Shown: positions 35,053 to 44,783 of the stretch, piece by piece
Position numbering within the stretch: position 1 is the stretch's first letter
Layout of the letters: each line of letters starts with the position of its first letter
Origin: Candidatus Enterousia sp.
GTDB lineage: Bacteria > Pseudomonadota > Alphaproteobacteria > Rs-D84
Direction: 5' to 3'
NCBI GenBank assembly: GCA_045635585.1
Contig: JAZTWA010000016.1
Coordinates: forward strand, 10,785 to 74,784
DNA: 64,000 nt
Notes under the pieces: generated by a model
The model's input: only the letters and a program-made list of their open reading frames with translations
Databases searched by the model: none
What the model was told of the DNA's origin: nothing
Made by a program: the position numbers and the translations under genes

Positions 35053-35371
35053 ATCGTAATCCTTTGGCGCGACAGCATGCGGATGCAGCAGTACGCCATT
35101 CAGAATATTGGGCCGATGGATTACGTAAATCGCGCCATGGTTCCCAACCGCTGCACTGTTTTTTTGAACCATTACCACTGCATTTCGCGTATCGACGCAG
35201 TGAACATGTTTGGTTTGAAACCTTGCCCGTATCGGTGGTACATTTTACAACAACGTTTTGATTTTTTGCATCATTACGTCCCAGTTCCTTGGATGATATT
35301 ACCTGATATGCGTTGGATGCGCCAATTGTTGTGATTGTTATTAATAATGTGGTCAGGATTTTGTATTTCAT
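35051..35371 (-). CDS. Small secreted Cys-rich protein (106 aa)
   Basis: Signal peptide MKYKILTTLLITITTIGASNA and 7 Cys in the mature part. No known family. Confidence 0.55.
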   Translation of the reverse strand: MKYKILTTLLITITTIGASNAYQVISSKELGRNDAKNQNVVVKCTTDTGKVSNQTCSLRRYAKCSGNGSKKQCSGWEPWRDLRNPSAQYSEWRTAASACCRAKGLR

Positions 35372-35466
35372 ATTTCTTTTCCTTTTGGGGTTGTATATGC
35401 TTTCATTATAAAAAAAAGTTCGTAAAAAAACAATCGGAATATAAACCCGCCCCGCCCCAGTATTTT

Positions 35467-37149
35467 TTATTCATGTGTGGTCCATGGTACATCGTTCATT
35501 ATCAAGTAATATAGTTCTGTATTATCTGTGCCGGGGTTTTTTAATATCGGTCGTACAACAAATATATCAACATTACATGGTGATGATGTGTCATTTTGGA
35601 TTTCTGTTAAATCTTGGTGGAATTTTGCTGCAAAATCCATTGCCTGAAGGTATGCTGCGTCGTCGTCTGCAGAACTGGTGGAATTGCCCGCCCACATCAG
35701 CCACATACCATAATTGACAATATTTTCTTGGCCTGCGATATCGTCAGCAGACAGCAGTAATAATGGCGCAAATTCAAGACCGTTTGTAAATTGGTCTGTT
35801 TCTGTGTCAGTATAGTCATACATGTCTGCTGCAAATTTTGTTATACCGTAAATGACGCCACCGGCCGCCTCCATTTTTGCCAGTGTTCCAATGTTGCGCA
35901 TGGTTGATTCGAATAGCCAATCGCGTACACGTCCAGAAAAGGCGCCGTTACGTCCAATTTTTGCAGCATGCGTTAATAATTTGTTCCCTGACAATGCGGA
36001 TTTTGTGGCACGGCCAACACGTGCAGCGCGTGCAAGTACGTTTCCGCGTTGGGGAATTCGCTTTAATTGTAATGAATGGCGGAATTTGTTTAGTTCAGAA
36101 TATGTTTTTGTTGCATCGCGATATTTTTTTACATCGTCGGCATTCTCTAGGGTGCGTAGCGCATCTGTTGCATTTTCTAATTCTTTTGCTTTGTCTGCAT
36201 ATCGGGCCGCATCGGTTGCACGGTCAATTGTTTTTAATTCATCGGTCAATTTGTTGACGTTTCGAACCTGTTTCAGATAGTTTTGGACGGTATCTGTTTT
36301 TCGTAATGTTTTTATTGTTGTGTTCAAATTTTTTAATGATTTAGATGCGCGGGTGGCCTTGGTTACACCACTGATAATCGTGCCACCGCCAAATGTTGCG
36401 ATGGTGATTACAACGTCCAATGCAATTTCGGCATATGCAATCCATTGTAGGTTTATGTCGCCAGCAACATAATAGTCATTTGAATCATCGTCGCCCAGAT
36501 TAACGGTTTGTGTTACGGCGCGATTTATTGCATCATTGTCAATAGCCAGTGCACTTTTGCTGGTACAAGAAAAACCTTTGGGGTATAGTTTGTCGATGTT
36601 ATCGCGGATGTATGTTAATGCGACACTGTTATTTTTATCGGGGCCAACAAATTCATCCAATGCCCCAGATTCAACAACCATGATTGCGTACCATGCTGGA
36701 TCGGTATTTGTCCAGACGTCCCCATTGTCATTATCACCGATAAATGGATTGGGATCTGATGGAGTGGCGCGTTTATTTGCCAATATTAATCGTTGTTTTA
36801 ATACGCGTGGCATCGTTTCGTAATTTATGATTATTTCGCGCCCATTTGGAAAAACATATTTTATGGTATCAAATTTTATTGTTTCGGTGTCTGGGGTTGC
36901 AATTAATTCAGGACACTTTAATACATCGGACAATACGGTTTTATTTCCGAATGTTTGATATATCCATTGTTTGATGATTTGTTCTTTATCTGTTTCAAAA
37001 ATAGCACCAGAATTTTGTATCAATGCGTCTGAGAAAATGCCCGATGCACATTCGGTGTCAGAATATGCGAACTTTATTTGAAAAACACCTAGAATAAATA
37101 TGGTGCAAAAAATAAGAATGTGTTTTGTTATATTCATATTTTGCATCAT
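35467..37149 (-). CDS. Secreted/membrane protein, unknown function (~560 aa)
   Basis: N-terminal hydrophobic signal (ILIFCTIFILGVFQIKFAYS) and a central helical K/R/T-rich region. ATGA overlap with the upstream gene. Confidence 0.6.
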   Translation of the reverse strand: MMQNMNITKHILIFCTIFILGVFQIKFAYSDTECASGIFSDALIQNSGAIFETDKEQIIKQWIYQTFGNKTVLSDVLKCPELIATPDTETIKFDTIKYVFPNGREIIINYETMPRVLKQRLILANKRATPSDPNPFIGDNDNGDVWTNTDPAWYAIMVVESGALDEFVGPDKNNSVALTYIRDNIDKLYPKGFSCTSKSALAIDNDAINRAVTQTVNLGDDDSNDYYVAGDINLQWIAYAEIALDVVITIATFGGGTIISGVTKATRASKSLKNLNTTIKTLRKTDTVQNYLKQVRNVNKLTDELKTIDRATDAARYADKAKELENATDALRTLENADDVKKYRDATKTYSELNKFRHSLQLKRIPQRGNVLARAARVGRATKSALSGNKLLTHAAKIGRNGAFSGRVRDWLFESTMRNIGTLAKMEAAGGVIYGITKFAADMYDYTDTETDQFTNGLEFAPLLLLSADDIAGQENIVNYGMWLMWAGNSTSSADDDAAYLQAMDFAAKFHQDLTEIQNDTSSPCNVDIFVVRPILKNPGTDNTELYYLIMNDVPWTTHE

Positions 37150-38000
37150 ATCAGATGTCCGCATTGTGTTGTAAGGTTTGTAATTTCCTGTTCGATTTGT
37201 TGGATTAGTGTGGCATATGGGTCTATGCTTTTATTGATTATGACAGTTGTACCATCTGGATTATCAACAGCAATGGTGTTTTCTGGGTTTGGTTGTTCGG
37301 TCCATCGCCAGCAGAATTTGTTTTGGTCTGGCGCAAGGCTTACCATTTTATCTTTTGGTGGTTCTTTTCCATCGCAAAAATTTATTTCACATTCAGCGGC
37401 CCATGTGTCGTCAAGAAATATAGATTCAAAAAAACCTGCTTCTTGGGTGCTGCCACCTTGTAGGCATTGACGTGTATATCCGTATACAATTTCGCCCTTG
37501 TCTGTCCCACAGAACATTTTGCCGCCGATGTTAACTTGTCTTTCACCTTCGTTGAAAACAGTATTGCAGCATGTGAAGTTTCCGGTTACAGGGTCGTGCA
37601 GACAGTCAGTTTCAGAAAATAACTGTGAACCCGCGGTAAGTCCGCCAACAAAAAAGCCGACAATCCCCCCTACTACTGTACCAACCCCAGGAATAAGATT
37701 TCCAATTGCCATACCTGTGGCAGTTCCGCCAGTTACACCTTGAATCATATCGCCCGTTGTGTGTGGTCCTTTGCCAGATGCAGATTCAATTACTGCGGCG
37801 GTGCCGGCAATTGCGGCAACTGTGGTGCCGACTTTTTGTGTGGTTGATAGGTTGTTCCAGTTGCTTTTTATGGTGGGCTTTGGTGCAGGCGCCGGATTTG
37901 GTGCAGTCGTTGGATTTGTTGCCGAGTATGCACCGCCAATAATTGTCATGCAAAATATAGCAGATAAAATAGAACAAAGATGCTTTGTGCATTTTTTCAT
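37146..38000 (-). CDS. Secreted protein with glycine-zipper segment and Cys-rich C-terminal domain
   Basis: Signal peptide, P/A/T linker, GGTATGMAIGNLIPGVGTVVGGIVGFFVGGL (glycine zipper, Rick_17kDa-like), and 10 Cys in the C-terminal half. Confidence 0.6.
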   Translation of the reverse strand: MKKCTKHLCSILSAIFCMTIIGGAYSATNPTTAPNPAPAPKPTIKSNWNNLSTTQKVGTTVAAIAGTAAVIESASGKGPHTTGDMIQGVTGGTATGMAIGNLIPGVGTVVGGIVGFFVGGLTAGSQLFSETDCLHDPVTGNFTCCNTVFNEGERQVNIGGKMFCGTDKGEIVYGYTRQCLQGGSTQEAGFFESIFLDDTWAAECEINFCDGKEPPKDKMVSLAPDQNKFCWRWTEQPNPENTIAVDNPDGTTVIINKSIDPYATLIQQIEQEITNLTTQCGHLI

Positions 38001-38002
38001 GG

Positions 38003-38893
38003 TTAATATATTCCTTGTAATTTGCATTCGGTAAATTGGGTGCCGGATGCACGACATTCTTTGGCCTTGATTAAATCAGATTTTAAACTAGCAAGTTTTT
38101 TTGCCGCGGATTGACAGTACGCATTTTTTCGTTGTGTGATTTTTTCTTGTCTGACCACATAATCGTCGTAACTTTCAATATTATCAACGTTTAATTCAGT
38201 ATATGCACGTTTGTCTTTGTATGGTTCATAGCCTGCCTGGGCGTTGGCCATGCGTTCGGTAAAGGATAAATCTGAATATGTTGTTGGAAATGCCGCACGT
38301 GAAATAGTGTTTTGCCCCGCACCATTTAATGTCTGTAGGTCTTGTAATTCTTGTTTGCGTTCCATCATATCGTCGGCCCATTCGGGGGCAGACTTTTCAA
38401 ATGGATTTTTGATTTGAAAATCAGAGCCGTTTGCGTTCGGATTAGGTGTTGTTGCATGTGGAAAAGCGGTAACACCCGTCGGTGCCGCGTTGCCGTAACG
38501 CGAAACATATTGTTCAAATATTGTTTCAATATATCCGCCACATGCGGTTGCATAATTGCCAGTGTCCATGCGCGATAGTTGCAATATTATGGCCGGACGA
38601 ATGTCGCTAATCTGGCTGTCGATACAGTTGTTGTTCATTGCACATACGGTTGTAACCAAACTGGTTACGGTGCGTAAACAATCATCTGTTGTTATTTCTG
38701 GGCCCGTTACATATACCGGTTGGGGCATGCGTTGATTATATGGGGCGTTGGGTGACCAAAATGGGTTAGATGAATAATTTTGCACGTTTTGAATCACACC
38801 ATATTTTGACATTGGGGTTGTGTTGGCATGGGCCATACCCGATATCAAAATAAGTGCTGTCATGACTTTGAATGTGTTTGTGCTTATCTTCAT
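38003..38893 (-). CDS. Secreted protein, unknown function (296 aa)
   Basis: Signal peptide MKISTNTFKVMTALILISGMAHA. First of three tightly packed genes. Confidence 0.6.
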   Translation of the reverse strand: MKISTNTFKVMTALILISGMAHANTTPMSKYGVIQNVQNYSSNPFWSPNAPYNQRMPQPVYVTGPEITTDDCLRTVTSLVTTVCAMNNNCIDSQISDIRPAIILQLSRMDTGNYATACGGYIETIFEQYVSRYGNAAPTGVTAFPHATTPNPNANGSDFQIKNPFEKSAPEWADDMMERKQELQDLQTLNGAGQNTISRAAFPTTYSDLSFTERMANAQAGYEPYKDKRAYTELNVDNIESYDDYVVRQEKITQRKNAYCQSAAKKLASLKSDLIKAKECRASGTQFTECKLQGIY

Positions 38894-38929
38894 TCCCCTT
38901 TGACTCCCTGCCCTGATATATATCAGATA

Positions 38930-39403
38930 TTAGTATATCAGAAAAAGGCATAATAAAAAAGATAAAATTCCACCAATGATAAAGAATGGCGCGAATGGAA
39001 TAAATTTTTGTTTGTTGTGGTGTGCCCAAATTGCACCTGTGATACATGCGATAATCAGTGCGTATGATAGCCCCCCCACCCCCAGCCATAGACCGCCAAC
39101 TGTGATTAATTTGATGTCGCCCATGCCAATTGGTGGTGTGATAGTCGCGTTTTTTTTGCGCATTTTGTAATCAAAGATTAATCCGATTGTTACTGATGAA
39201 ATATAGCCAAATGTGGCACCGATTGCCGCATTTGTAATGTTAATTGGGTATGAAAAAAATGAAATGAATATCAGTCCGATTAACAATAATGGTACAAGGT
39301 ATGCGTCGGGAATAATTCGACGGCGAAAATCTGCAATCGATATTTGCAGCATACACCATAGTGCAATAACGGTTAAAATAATGAAAAAGATGTATGAAAT
39401 CAT
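38930..39403 (-). CDS. A24-family prepilin peptidase (CpaA/TadV-like, peptidase domain only)
   Basis: 157 aa polytopic protein. First Asp motif ADFRRRIIPD and second GMGDIKL (GxGDxK). Confidence 0.8.
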   Translation of the reverse strand: MISYIFFIILTVIALWCMLQISIADFRRRIIPDAYLVPLLLIGLIFISFFSYPINITNAAIGATFGYISSVTIGLIFDYKMRKKNATITPPIGMGDIKLITVGGLWLGVGGLSYALIIACITGAIWAHHNKQKFIPFAPFFIIGGILSFLLCLFLIY

Positions 39404-39476
39404 ATTTTTCTCTCTTGCGTTTCGAATCGGAAGTATGTTACAATAGAATTATAATGTATAACAGAGGTTTTGTAAA

Positions 39477-40082
39477 ATGAGTACGGGTTGGGATAGTACC
39501 GCATTAAAAAAATTAAAAGCATTAACTGGGAAAGGCTTATCTACGGCTGAAATTGGAAAGCGCCTGGGTATGTCTAAGAATGCGATTGTTGGTAAGTTAA
39601 ATCGTTTGGGTTGGAATGCCAAGGCTGGTGGTGCCGCGGCGGCTGCAAAAACAGAAGAAAAAAAGTCTGTTGCGAAAAAAACGGCGGCGAAAAAGGTAAC
39701 TGCGGATTCTGTGGCGGTAACAAAGAAAGAAACAGAAAAAAAATCTGTGGCAAAAAAAACTGCAACAAAAACAACTGTTGTCAAGGAACCTGCAAAGAAA
39801 GCGGTTAAAGAGCCTAAAAAAACAGATGTCGTTAAAGAAACTGCAGAAAAAACAGAAAAGAAAGATACAAAAATCAGTGCCAAAAGTTTGGCTGCGCATC
39901 AGCGGATTATTCAACATTCGCTGGAAATGGCAAATTTGAAACCGAATCAGTGTCGTTGGCCAATTGGCGATCCAGATTCTGAACATTTTCATTTTTGCGG
40001 GGAAACTGTTTTTGTGGGAAAACCATATTGTTATGAACATTGCAAGCAAGCATATCAGTTTGCGCCACCAAAAAAGAAATAA
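39477..40082 (+). CDS. gcrA: Cell-cycle regulator GcrA
   Basis: N-terminal W..STALKKLKALTGKGLSTAEIGKRLGMSKNAIVGKLNRLGW and C-terminal CRWPIGDP...FCG...PYCYEHCKQAY, joined by a K/A/T-rich linker. Confidence 0.9.
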   Translation: MSTGWDSTALKKLKALTGKGLSTAEIGKRLGMSKNAIVGKLNRLGWNAKAGGAAAAAKTEEKKSVAKKTAAKKVTADSVAVTKKETEKKSVAKKTATKTTVVKEPAKKAVKEPKKTDVVKETAEKTEKKDTKISAKSLAAHQRIIQHSLEMANLKPNQCRWPIGDPDSEHFHFCGETVFVGKPYCYEHCKQAYQFAPPKKK

Positions 40083-40105
40083 TTTTAATAGCGGGGATTA
40101 ATAAG

Positions 40106-42307
40106 ATGCTTAGTGAGAGAGAGAACTTTTATCAGCCATTGACCTTTGTTGATTATAATGTCGCAGGGAATGTTTTTCGTGCATATTATGATGCAGATCA
40201 AAAATTGGTCTTTGTTATTGATTATGTAATCAGTGATATTAAACCGAATGTTTTGTTGGTGATAAATCCTGTTGGTGATCGCAAGTGGGATGATATCTTG
40301 ATGAATGATTATGGTGTTGTATTGGAAACAGTACGACCAAAAAAGAACAATAAATATCAAAAGTTAGATGTCGAATATGCCGGATTGGCGCAATATGATT
40401 CCTTGGTGCGTGCGCATGCCGCAGGCGCGGATTTGAATAGTGCGCTGGCAGAATTGGCGAATTTTCGTAATGCGGCGGCACAACGTGCGGCGATTGAACG
40501 TCTGGATGCGGCCGAATTGACTGCAACACGTGCGCGTGAAACAATTGAAAGAACAGAAGAATCAATTGCCGATTTGCAGGCAAAGTTAAAAGCGTTGCGC
40601 GCAAAGTTGGCAGAACAACGCAGTGAAATCGGTAAAGAGCCGACAAAAAAATCAGCCGCAAAAATTTTAAGAACTGAAGCGCAGATTGAAGCAACAAATA
40701 GTAAAATTGCCCGCGCAAAAAGACGACTTATCAAGGCGCAGAATCGCTTGGCAATTGCGCATGATGATGCAGATATTGCACGTGGAATAATTGATAGATT
40801 AAAGGATTTAACGCCTGTTTATGTGCCGGCAATGCCACAAAATACAGATGTTGCGGTGGTAAAACCAACACCTGTGCCAGTGATCGAAGAAAAGCATGTG
40901 TCAGCACCTGTTTGGAATGATGTAACAGAATCAGTTGAAGAAGAGGAAGATTTTGAACAGGAAGAAGAAGTAAAACCTTTGTTTACAGAAAATCCTAATT
41001 TTATGAATGATGACATTGCATTCAAACCAGTGGATTTTGGAAATATGTCGGTTGAGTATAGTTCTGATGATGTCGAAACCGTGACAGATGACACAGATGA
41101 TGATTTTTCTGATGTTTATTCAGAACCAGAAAAACGTGATGAAATATCTGAAGAAACGGAACCATTGGTGGTAAAACCTTTGTCTTTTGCGCCACCTGTT
41201 GAAACAATACCTATGTCTGATTTTAATCAAGAATATGAAGAAAGCGACCATGAATCTGAAACGTTTCCGGTTGTAAATTCATTTTCGTCTTTTGATAATA
41301 AAGAATCTGAAAAAATTGATTCGGAATTGTTGGGTGGAACTGATTTCCCGCCGATACCATCATATTCAGAAAATGTACAAGAATCAGAAACAGTGCCTTT
41401 TGTCCCACAGCCGATTGTTGAACAGCCTGTGGCGCAAATGGAAGAACCAGCGGCACCTGTTGCCGCTGCAAGACCAGAAGTGGTCGTTGCGCCTGTGACA
41501 GATGTTGCGCGCCCTGTGTCACCAATATCGGGTGATGAAGCGGTGTTAAATGTTGCACCTGTGAATAATGGTTCTAGACCAACAAAATTATATTATGTTT
41601 TACTATTGGTATTGATTGTTTTGTCTATATTTACATTATGGATGTATCAGAAATCTGTAAAAGATACTATGCCTGAATTGGGGGCTAAAATAGAACCCGT
41701 GGTTGAAGTTGTTGAAGAAAAAGAACCTGTGGCTGAAATTAAAGAACCTGTTGTGGAACCAGAACTAGTTGTTGTTGAAGAACCAGTTGTGGAACCAGAA
41801 CCAGTGGTTGAAGAAGAACCAGTTGTGGAACCAGAACCGGTGGTTGAACCTGTTGCAGAGCCAGAACCTGTGGTGGTTGAACCTGTTGTGGAACCAGAAC
41901 CTGTTATTGAAGAACCAGAAGTTAAAAAGCCAATTGAAACAGAAGAAGAAATTTTGGCGAAAAAACCCGTCTATAATGTGTCGCAAAATGAAAATATGTT
42001 TGTTGCAGATGCGGAATATGAAACGGATGTGGCAGATGATACAGTTGCGGTTGAATATGATTCTGTTGCGGATGTTTTGCCGGCTGTTGAATTTAAGGAA
42101 CCGGAAATTATTGCTGCAGAATCTGAAGTTTTGGGGCCGGCCATTACAATGGAAGAATTTGGTACAGAAGAAGTTGAATCGTGTTCTGATGGTAATCCGC
42201 CAGATGAATATGGATGCTGCGCTGGTGAAGAATTTGTCGAGGCGGAAGATGGTGAACCGTTATGTTGTGCAATTGGAACAGATGAATGTTTTCCGCCGCT
42301 GTTTTAA
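40106..42307 (+). CDS. Acidic coiled-coil membrane protein with (EPVV)n repeats and Cys-rich C-terminus
   Basis: Start at ATG 40106 (MLSEREN). Contains a coiled coil (aa ~120-230), D/E-rich region, one TM (LYYVLLLVLIVLSIFTLWMY), EPVVEPEPVVE repeats, and the tail CSDG..GCCAGEE..LCCAIGTDEC. Confidence 0.65.
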   Translation: MLSERENFYQPLTFVDYNVAGNVFRAYYDADQKLVFVIDYVISDIKPNVLLVINPVGDRKWDDILMNDYGVVLETVRPKKNNKYQKLDVEYAGLAQYDSLVRAHAAGADLNSALAELANFRNAAAQRAAIERLDAAELTATRARETIERTEESIADLQAKLKALRAKLAEQRSEIGKEPTKKSAAKILRTEAQIEATNSKIARAKRRLIKAQNRLAIAHDDADIARGIIDRLKDLTPVYVPAMPQNTDVAVVKPTPVPVIEEKHVSAPVWNDVTESVEEEEDFEQEEEVKPLFTENPNFMNDDIAFKPVDFGNMSVEYSSDDVETVTDDTDDDFSDVYSEPEKRDEISEETEPLVVKPLSFAPPVETIPMSDFNQEYEESDHESETFPVVNSFSSFDNKESEKIDSELLGGTDFPPIPSYSENVQESETVPFVPQPIVEQPVAQMEEPAAPVAAARPEVVVAPVTDVARPVSPISGDEAVLNVAPVNNGSRPTKLYYVLLLVLIVLSIFTLWMYQKSVKDTMPELGAKIEPVVEVVEEKEPVAEIKEPVVEPELVVVEEPVVEPEPVVEEEPVVEPEPVVEPVAEPEPVVVEPVVEPEPVIEEPEVKKPIETEEEILAKKPVYNVSQNENMFVADAEYETDVADDTVAVEYDSVADVLPAVEFKEPEIIAAESEVLGPAITMEEFGTEEVESCSDGNPPDEYGCCAGEEFVEAEDGEPLCCAIGTDECFPPLF
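41737..41925 (+). repeat. In-frame tandem repeats (unit ~15-33 nt, GAACCAGTTGTGGAACCAGAACC..)
   Basis: Encode (E/V)PVVEPEP repeats inside the CDS 40106-42307. Confidence 0.6.
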
Positions 42308-42334
42308 AAAAAATCCCCAAAATGGGGATTTTTT
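42306..42334. terminator. Bidirectional terminator between convergent genes
   Basis: A8-TCCCC-AAAAT-GGGGA-T6. Confidence 0.65.
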
Positions 42335-43304
42335 ATCGTGCCACGTCACCATGCAGTCGTTCATGATATAAATAATCTTTTAATTTAAATCCGCCATCTG
42401 CATGCCAATTCAACATGCCGTTCCAATTTTCGTCTGGAATTTCAACTGTTGGTAATGCGTATGGTGCGCGGGATAGTTGTTCTTGGACCTGGGGGATGTG
42501 ATTTTGATAAATATGAACATCGTGCAGTTCGCCCTTTAATATACCTGGTTTTAGGCCCGCTTCTTTGGCATATAATAACAAAAGTAATGCGTAACTGGCG
42601 ATATTATATGGGATACCTAAAAACATATCGCAAGAACGTTGGGTCCATATTAATGACAGCCTGCCATCACGTACGATTAATTGGTGCATCATATGGCATG
42701 GCGGCAGTGCCATTTTCGGTATATCAATTGGATTCCATGCAGATACGATAATTCTGCGGTCGTTGGGGTCGTTTTTTAATTTGTGGATTGCGTTGGCGAC
42801 TTGGTCAATGCCAGGCTTTTGTGGATTGAAATTATCGGTTGGATTTGCGTCGATGCGTTTGTAATCCCATTGATATTCGCCGCCAAAATGTCGCCACTGA
42901 AAACCGTAAATTGGCCCTAAATCACGTTCTGATAAAATAGTGTCAATTTTGATTTGTTCTATTTGTTGTTCGGTTAGTTTTGCGGGGTGCCAGCGTTTAG
43001 CAAAGTTTATTTTAGATTCATATTTTGGTCTTGTGGTTTCTGGGTTTGCCCATTCGTTCCATATGGTGCATTTGCGATCTTGTAGCCATTTTTTATCGGT
43101 TATACCATGCAAAAAAAATTCCAGTTCGGTTGCAATGTTTTTTAATCCCATTTTTTTTGTTGTAATTAGCGGAAATCCCATTTCCATATCGTGTACAAAT
43201 GTTGCCCCATATCCCAGACCAATGTCGGGGATTCCTGTACGGTTATATCGCAGTTTATCACACTTTTCATAGATTTCTTTTAATATGTCTAGATATGCTT
43301 TCAT
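42333..43304 (-). CDS. thyA: Thymidylate synthase (ThyA type, 323 aa)
   Basis: NRTGIPD..., FPLITTKK, active-site ALPPCHMMHQ, SCDMFLGIPYNIASYALL. Confidence 0.93.
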   Translation of the reverse strand: MKAYLDILKEIYEKCDKLRYNRTGIPDIGLGYGATFVHDMEMGFPLITTKKMGLKNIATELEFFLHGITDKKWLQDRKCTIWNEWANPETTRPKYESKINFAKRWHPAKLTEQQIEQIKIDTILSERDLGPIYGFQWRHFGGEYQWDYKRIDANPTDNFNPQKPGIDQVANAIHKLKNDPNDRRIIVSAWNPIDIPKMALPPCHMMHQLIVRDGRLSLIWTQRSCDMFLGIPYNIASYALLLLLYAKEAGLKPGILKGELHDVHIYQNHIPQVQEQLSRAPYALPTVEIPDENWNGMLNWHADGGFKLKDYLYHERLHGDVAR

Positions 43305-43333
43305 TTTTTTCTCGTTTTTTTTTATAAAAATAA

Positions 43334-43354
43334 ACGCACCGTTTTGTGGTGCGT
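43334..43354 (-). terminator. Terminator of tig
   Basis: ACGCACC-GTTTTGT-GGTGCGT with a T-run on the minus strand. Confidence 0.55.
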
Positions 43355-43360
43355 TTTAGG

Positions 43361-44668
43361 TTATTTAACAGCTGCTTGTTTGAACAGGTCTTCGGCTTTG
43401 ACCTTTTTTTCTTTGGTCTTAACGTGTGTTAACATTGCGTCCAGTGCTTTGCGTTCAAACAACATGCCACGCAACATTGCCAATGCGTTTTGGTTCTTGT
43501 TATAGAATTCAAAAACCTGTTTTGGATCTGGATAGCGTGCCGCTTCGGCCCAGATGGCTTGTTGCATATCGTCACGTGTTACTTCAACTTTGTTTTGTGT
43601 GCCCCATTCTGCCAATATCAGGCCCAATTTAACACGACGTTCTGCGTCTTTGCGTTCGGTTTTTTCGTCCCATTTGTGTTCACATTTGTCATCATGACAA
43701 TGTGCGTGTGAACGATCAAATTCAGATTTTGCCATGTTGTATTCTTGGACTACCAATGTTTCTGGCAAATCTAATTTTACTTTGTCGGCCAAAACATCCA
43801 ATAATTCGTTGCGCATTTCACGTTGTGCTGCATCTGAATATTGTTCTTTTAAGATGTTACGAATGTGTTCTTTTAATGCATCAACGGATTCTTGTCCAAC
43901 TTGTTTTGCCAATTCATCGTTTAATTCTGGTAAAACGTGTTTGCGAATTTCATGGATTTCAACAGCAAAGCGTGCATCTTGACCCGCCAAGTTTGCTGCA
44001 TGATAATCGGATGGGAATTTTACATTAACATCAAATTTGTCGCCAATTTTGTGTCCAATAATTTGATCTTCGAACCCAGGAATAAATGCGCCAGAACCCA
44101 AAATCAAGTGATGTTTCTTTGCCGCGCCGCCTTCGAATGCGGTGTCACTGATAAAGCCAGTAAAGTCAATTACGGCAACGTCACCGTTTGCAGCAGTGTA
44201 TTTTTCGTCTTGTTTTTCAGCGATGCTGCGACTTTTTCGGATGTTTTCCAATGCTGTTTCGACTTCTGCTTCGTCCAAATCTGCAACTTTCTTTGTTACA
44301 GTGATTTTGTCTAAATCAATTTCTGGTAATGTTGGTAAAATATCAAATTCCAAAGAATATTCAACGTCTTTGCCAATTTCCCAGCCGGCCAAATCAGCTT
44401 GTGGGGCGCCAGCCAAGCGAATTTTTTTGTCGGCAACATATTTGTTCAAATCTGCGTTCATTAATTTATCAACAGCTTCACCGTATGCGGATGCGTTATA
44501 TTTTTGACGCAAGATTGATAATGGAATTTTGCCCGCGCGGAACCCAGGCATCTTTGCGGTTTTGCCATGTTCTAATAATATTTCATCGGCCGCCGCCTGC
44601 AGATCTGTTGCAGACAATGTACCGTTTACAGAATAATGTAAATCTTTTATTTTTTCTTTTGTAAACAT
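43361..44668 (-). CDS. tig: Trigger factor
   Basis: N-terminal ribosome-binding motif MPGFRAGKIPL, a central FKBP-like domain, and a C-terminal arm domain. 435 aa. Confidence 0.92.
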   Translation of the reverse strand: MFTKEKIKDLHYSVNGTLSATDLQAAADEILLEHGKTAKMPGFRAGKIPLSILRQKYNASAYGEAVDKLMNADLNKYVADKKIRLAGAPQADLAGWEIGKDVEYSLEFDILPTLPEIDLDKITVTKKVADLDEAEVETALENIRKSRSIAEKQDEKYTAANGDVAVIDFTGFISDTAFEGGAAKKHHLILGSGAFIPGFEDQIIGHKIGDKFDVNVKFPSDYHAANLAGQDARFAVEIHEIRKHVLPELNDELAKQVGQESVDALKEHIRNILKEQYSDAAQREMRNELLDVLADKVKLDLPETLVVQEYNMAKSEFDRSHAHCHDDKCEHKWDEKTERKDAERRVKLGLILAEWGTQNKVEVTRDDMQQAIWAEAARYPDPKQVFEFYNKNQNALAMLRGMLFERKALDAMLTHVKTKEKKVKAEDLFKQAAVK

Positions 44669-44740
44669 ATGTATTCCCCTATTGAACTTATAAAGATTGC
44701 GGTGTGATTATACAATGTTTTTATTTGAAAGCAATAATAA

Positions 44741-44768
44741 AAAAATCCCCATTGTGGGGATTTTTTCG
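44741..44768 (-). terminator. Terminator of rpsI-rplM operon
   Basis: A7-TCCCC-ATTGT-GGGGA-T7. Confidence 0.6.
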
Positions 44769-44783
44769 TTTTGTTCGAACGTA

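Noticed and set aside
34888-35334. Plus-strand 148-aa ORF and minus-strand 73-aa ORF (34957-35178).
   Set aside because: They read through the attR core, tRNA-Val(CAC) and the bidirectional terminator, so they are artefacts of a long stop-free stretch.
39449-40049. Antisense and alternative-frame ORFs overlapping gcrA (39449-39883, 39597-40049, 39574-39774, 39611-39808).
   Set aside because: They are shadow ORFs produced by the low-complexity K/A/T-coding linker. gcrA has clear N- and C-terminal family motifs in its own frame.
41737-41925. Regularly spaced near-identical short repeats, considered as a possible CRISPR array.
   Set aside because: The repeats are contiguous with no unique spacers, are in frame, and encode (EPVV)n inside a long CDS. 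No cas genes are present.
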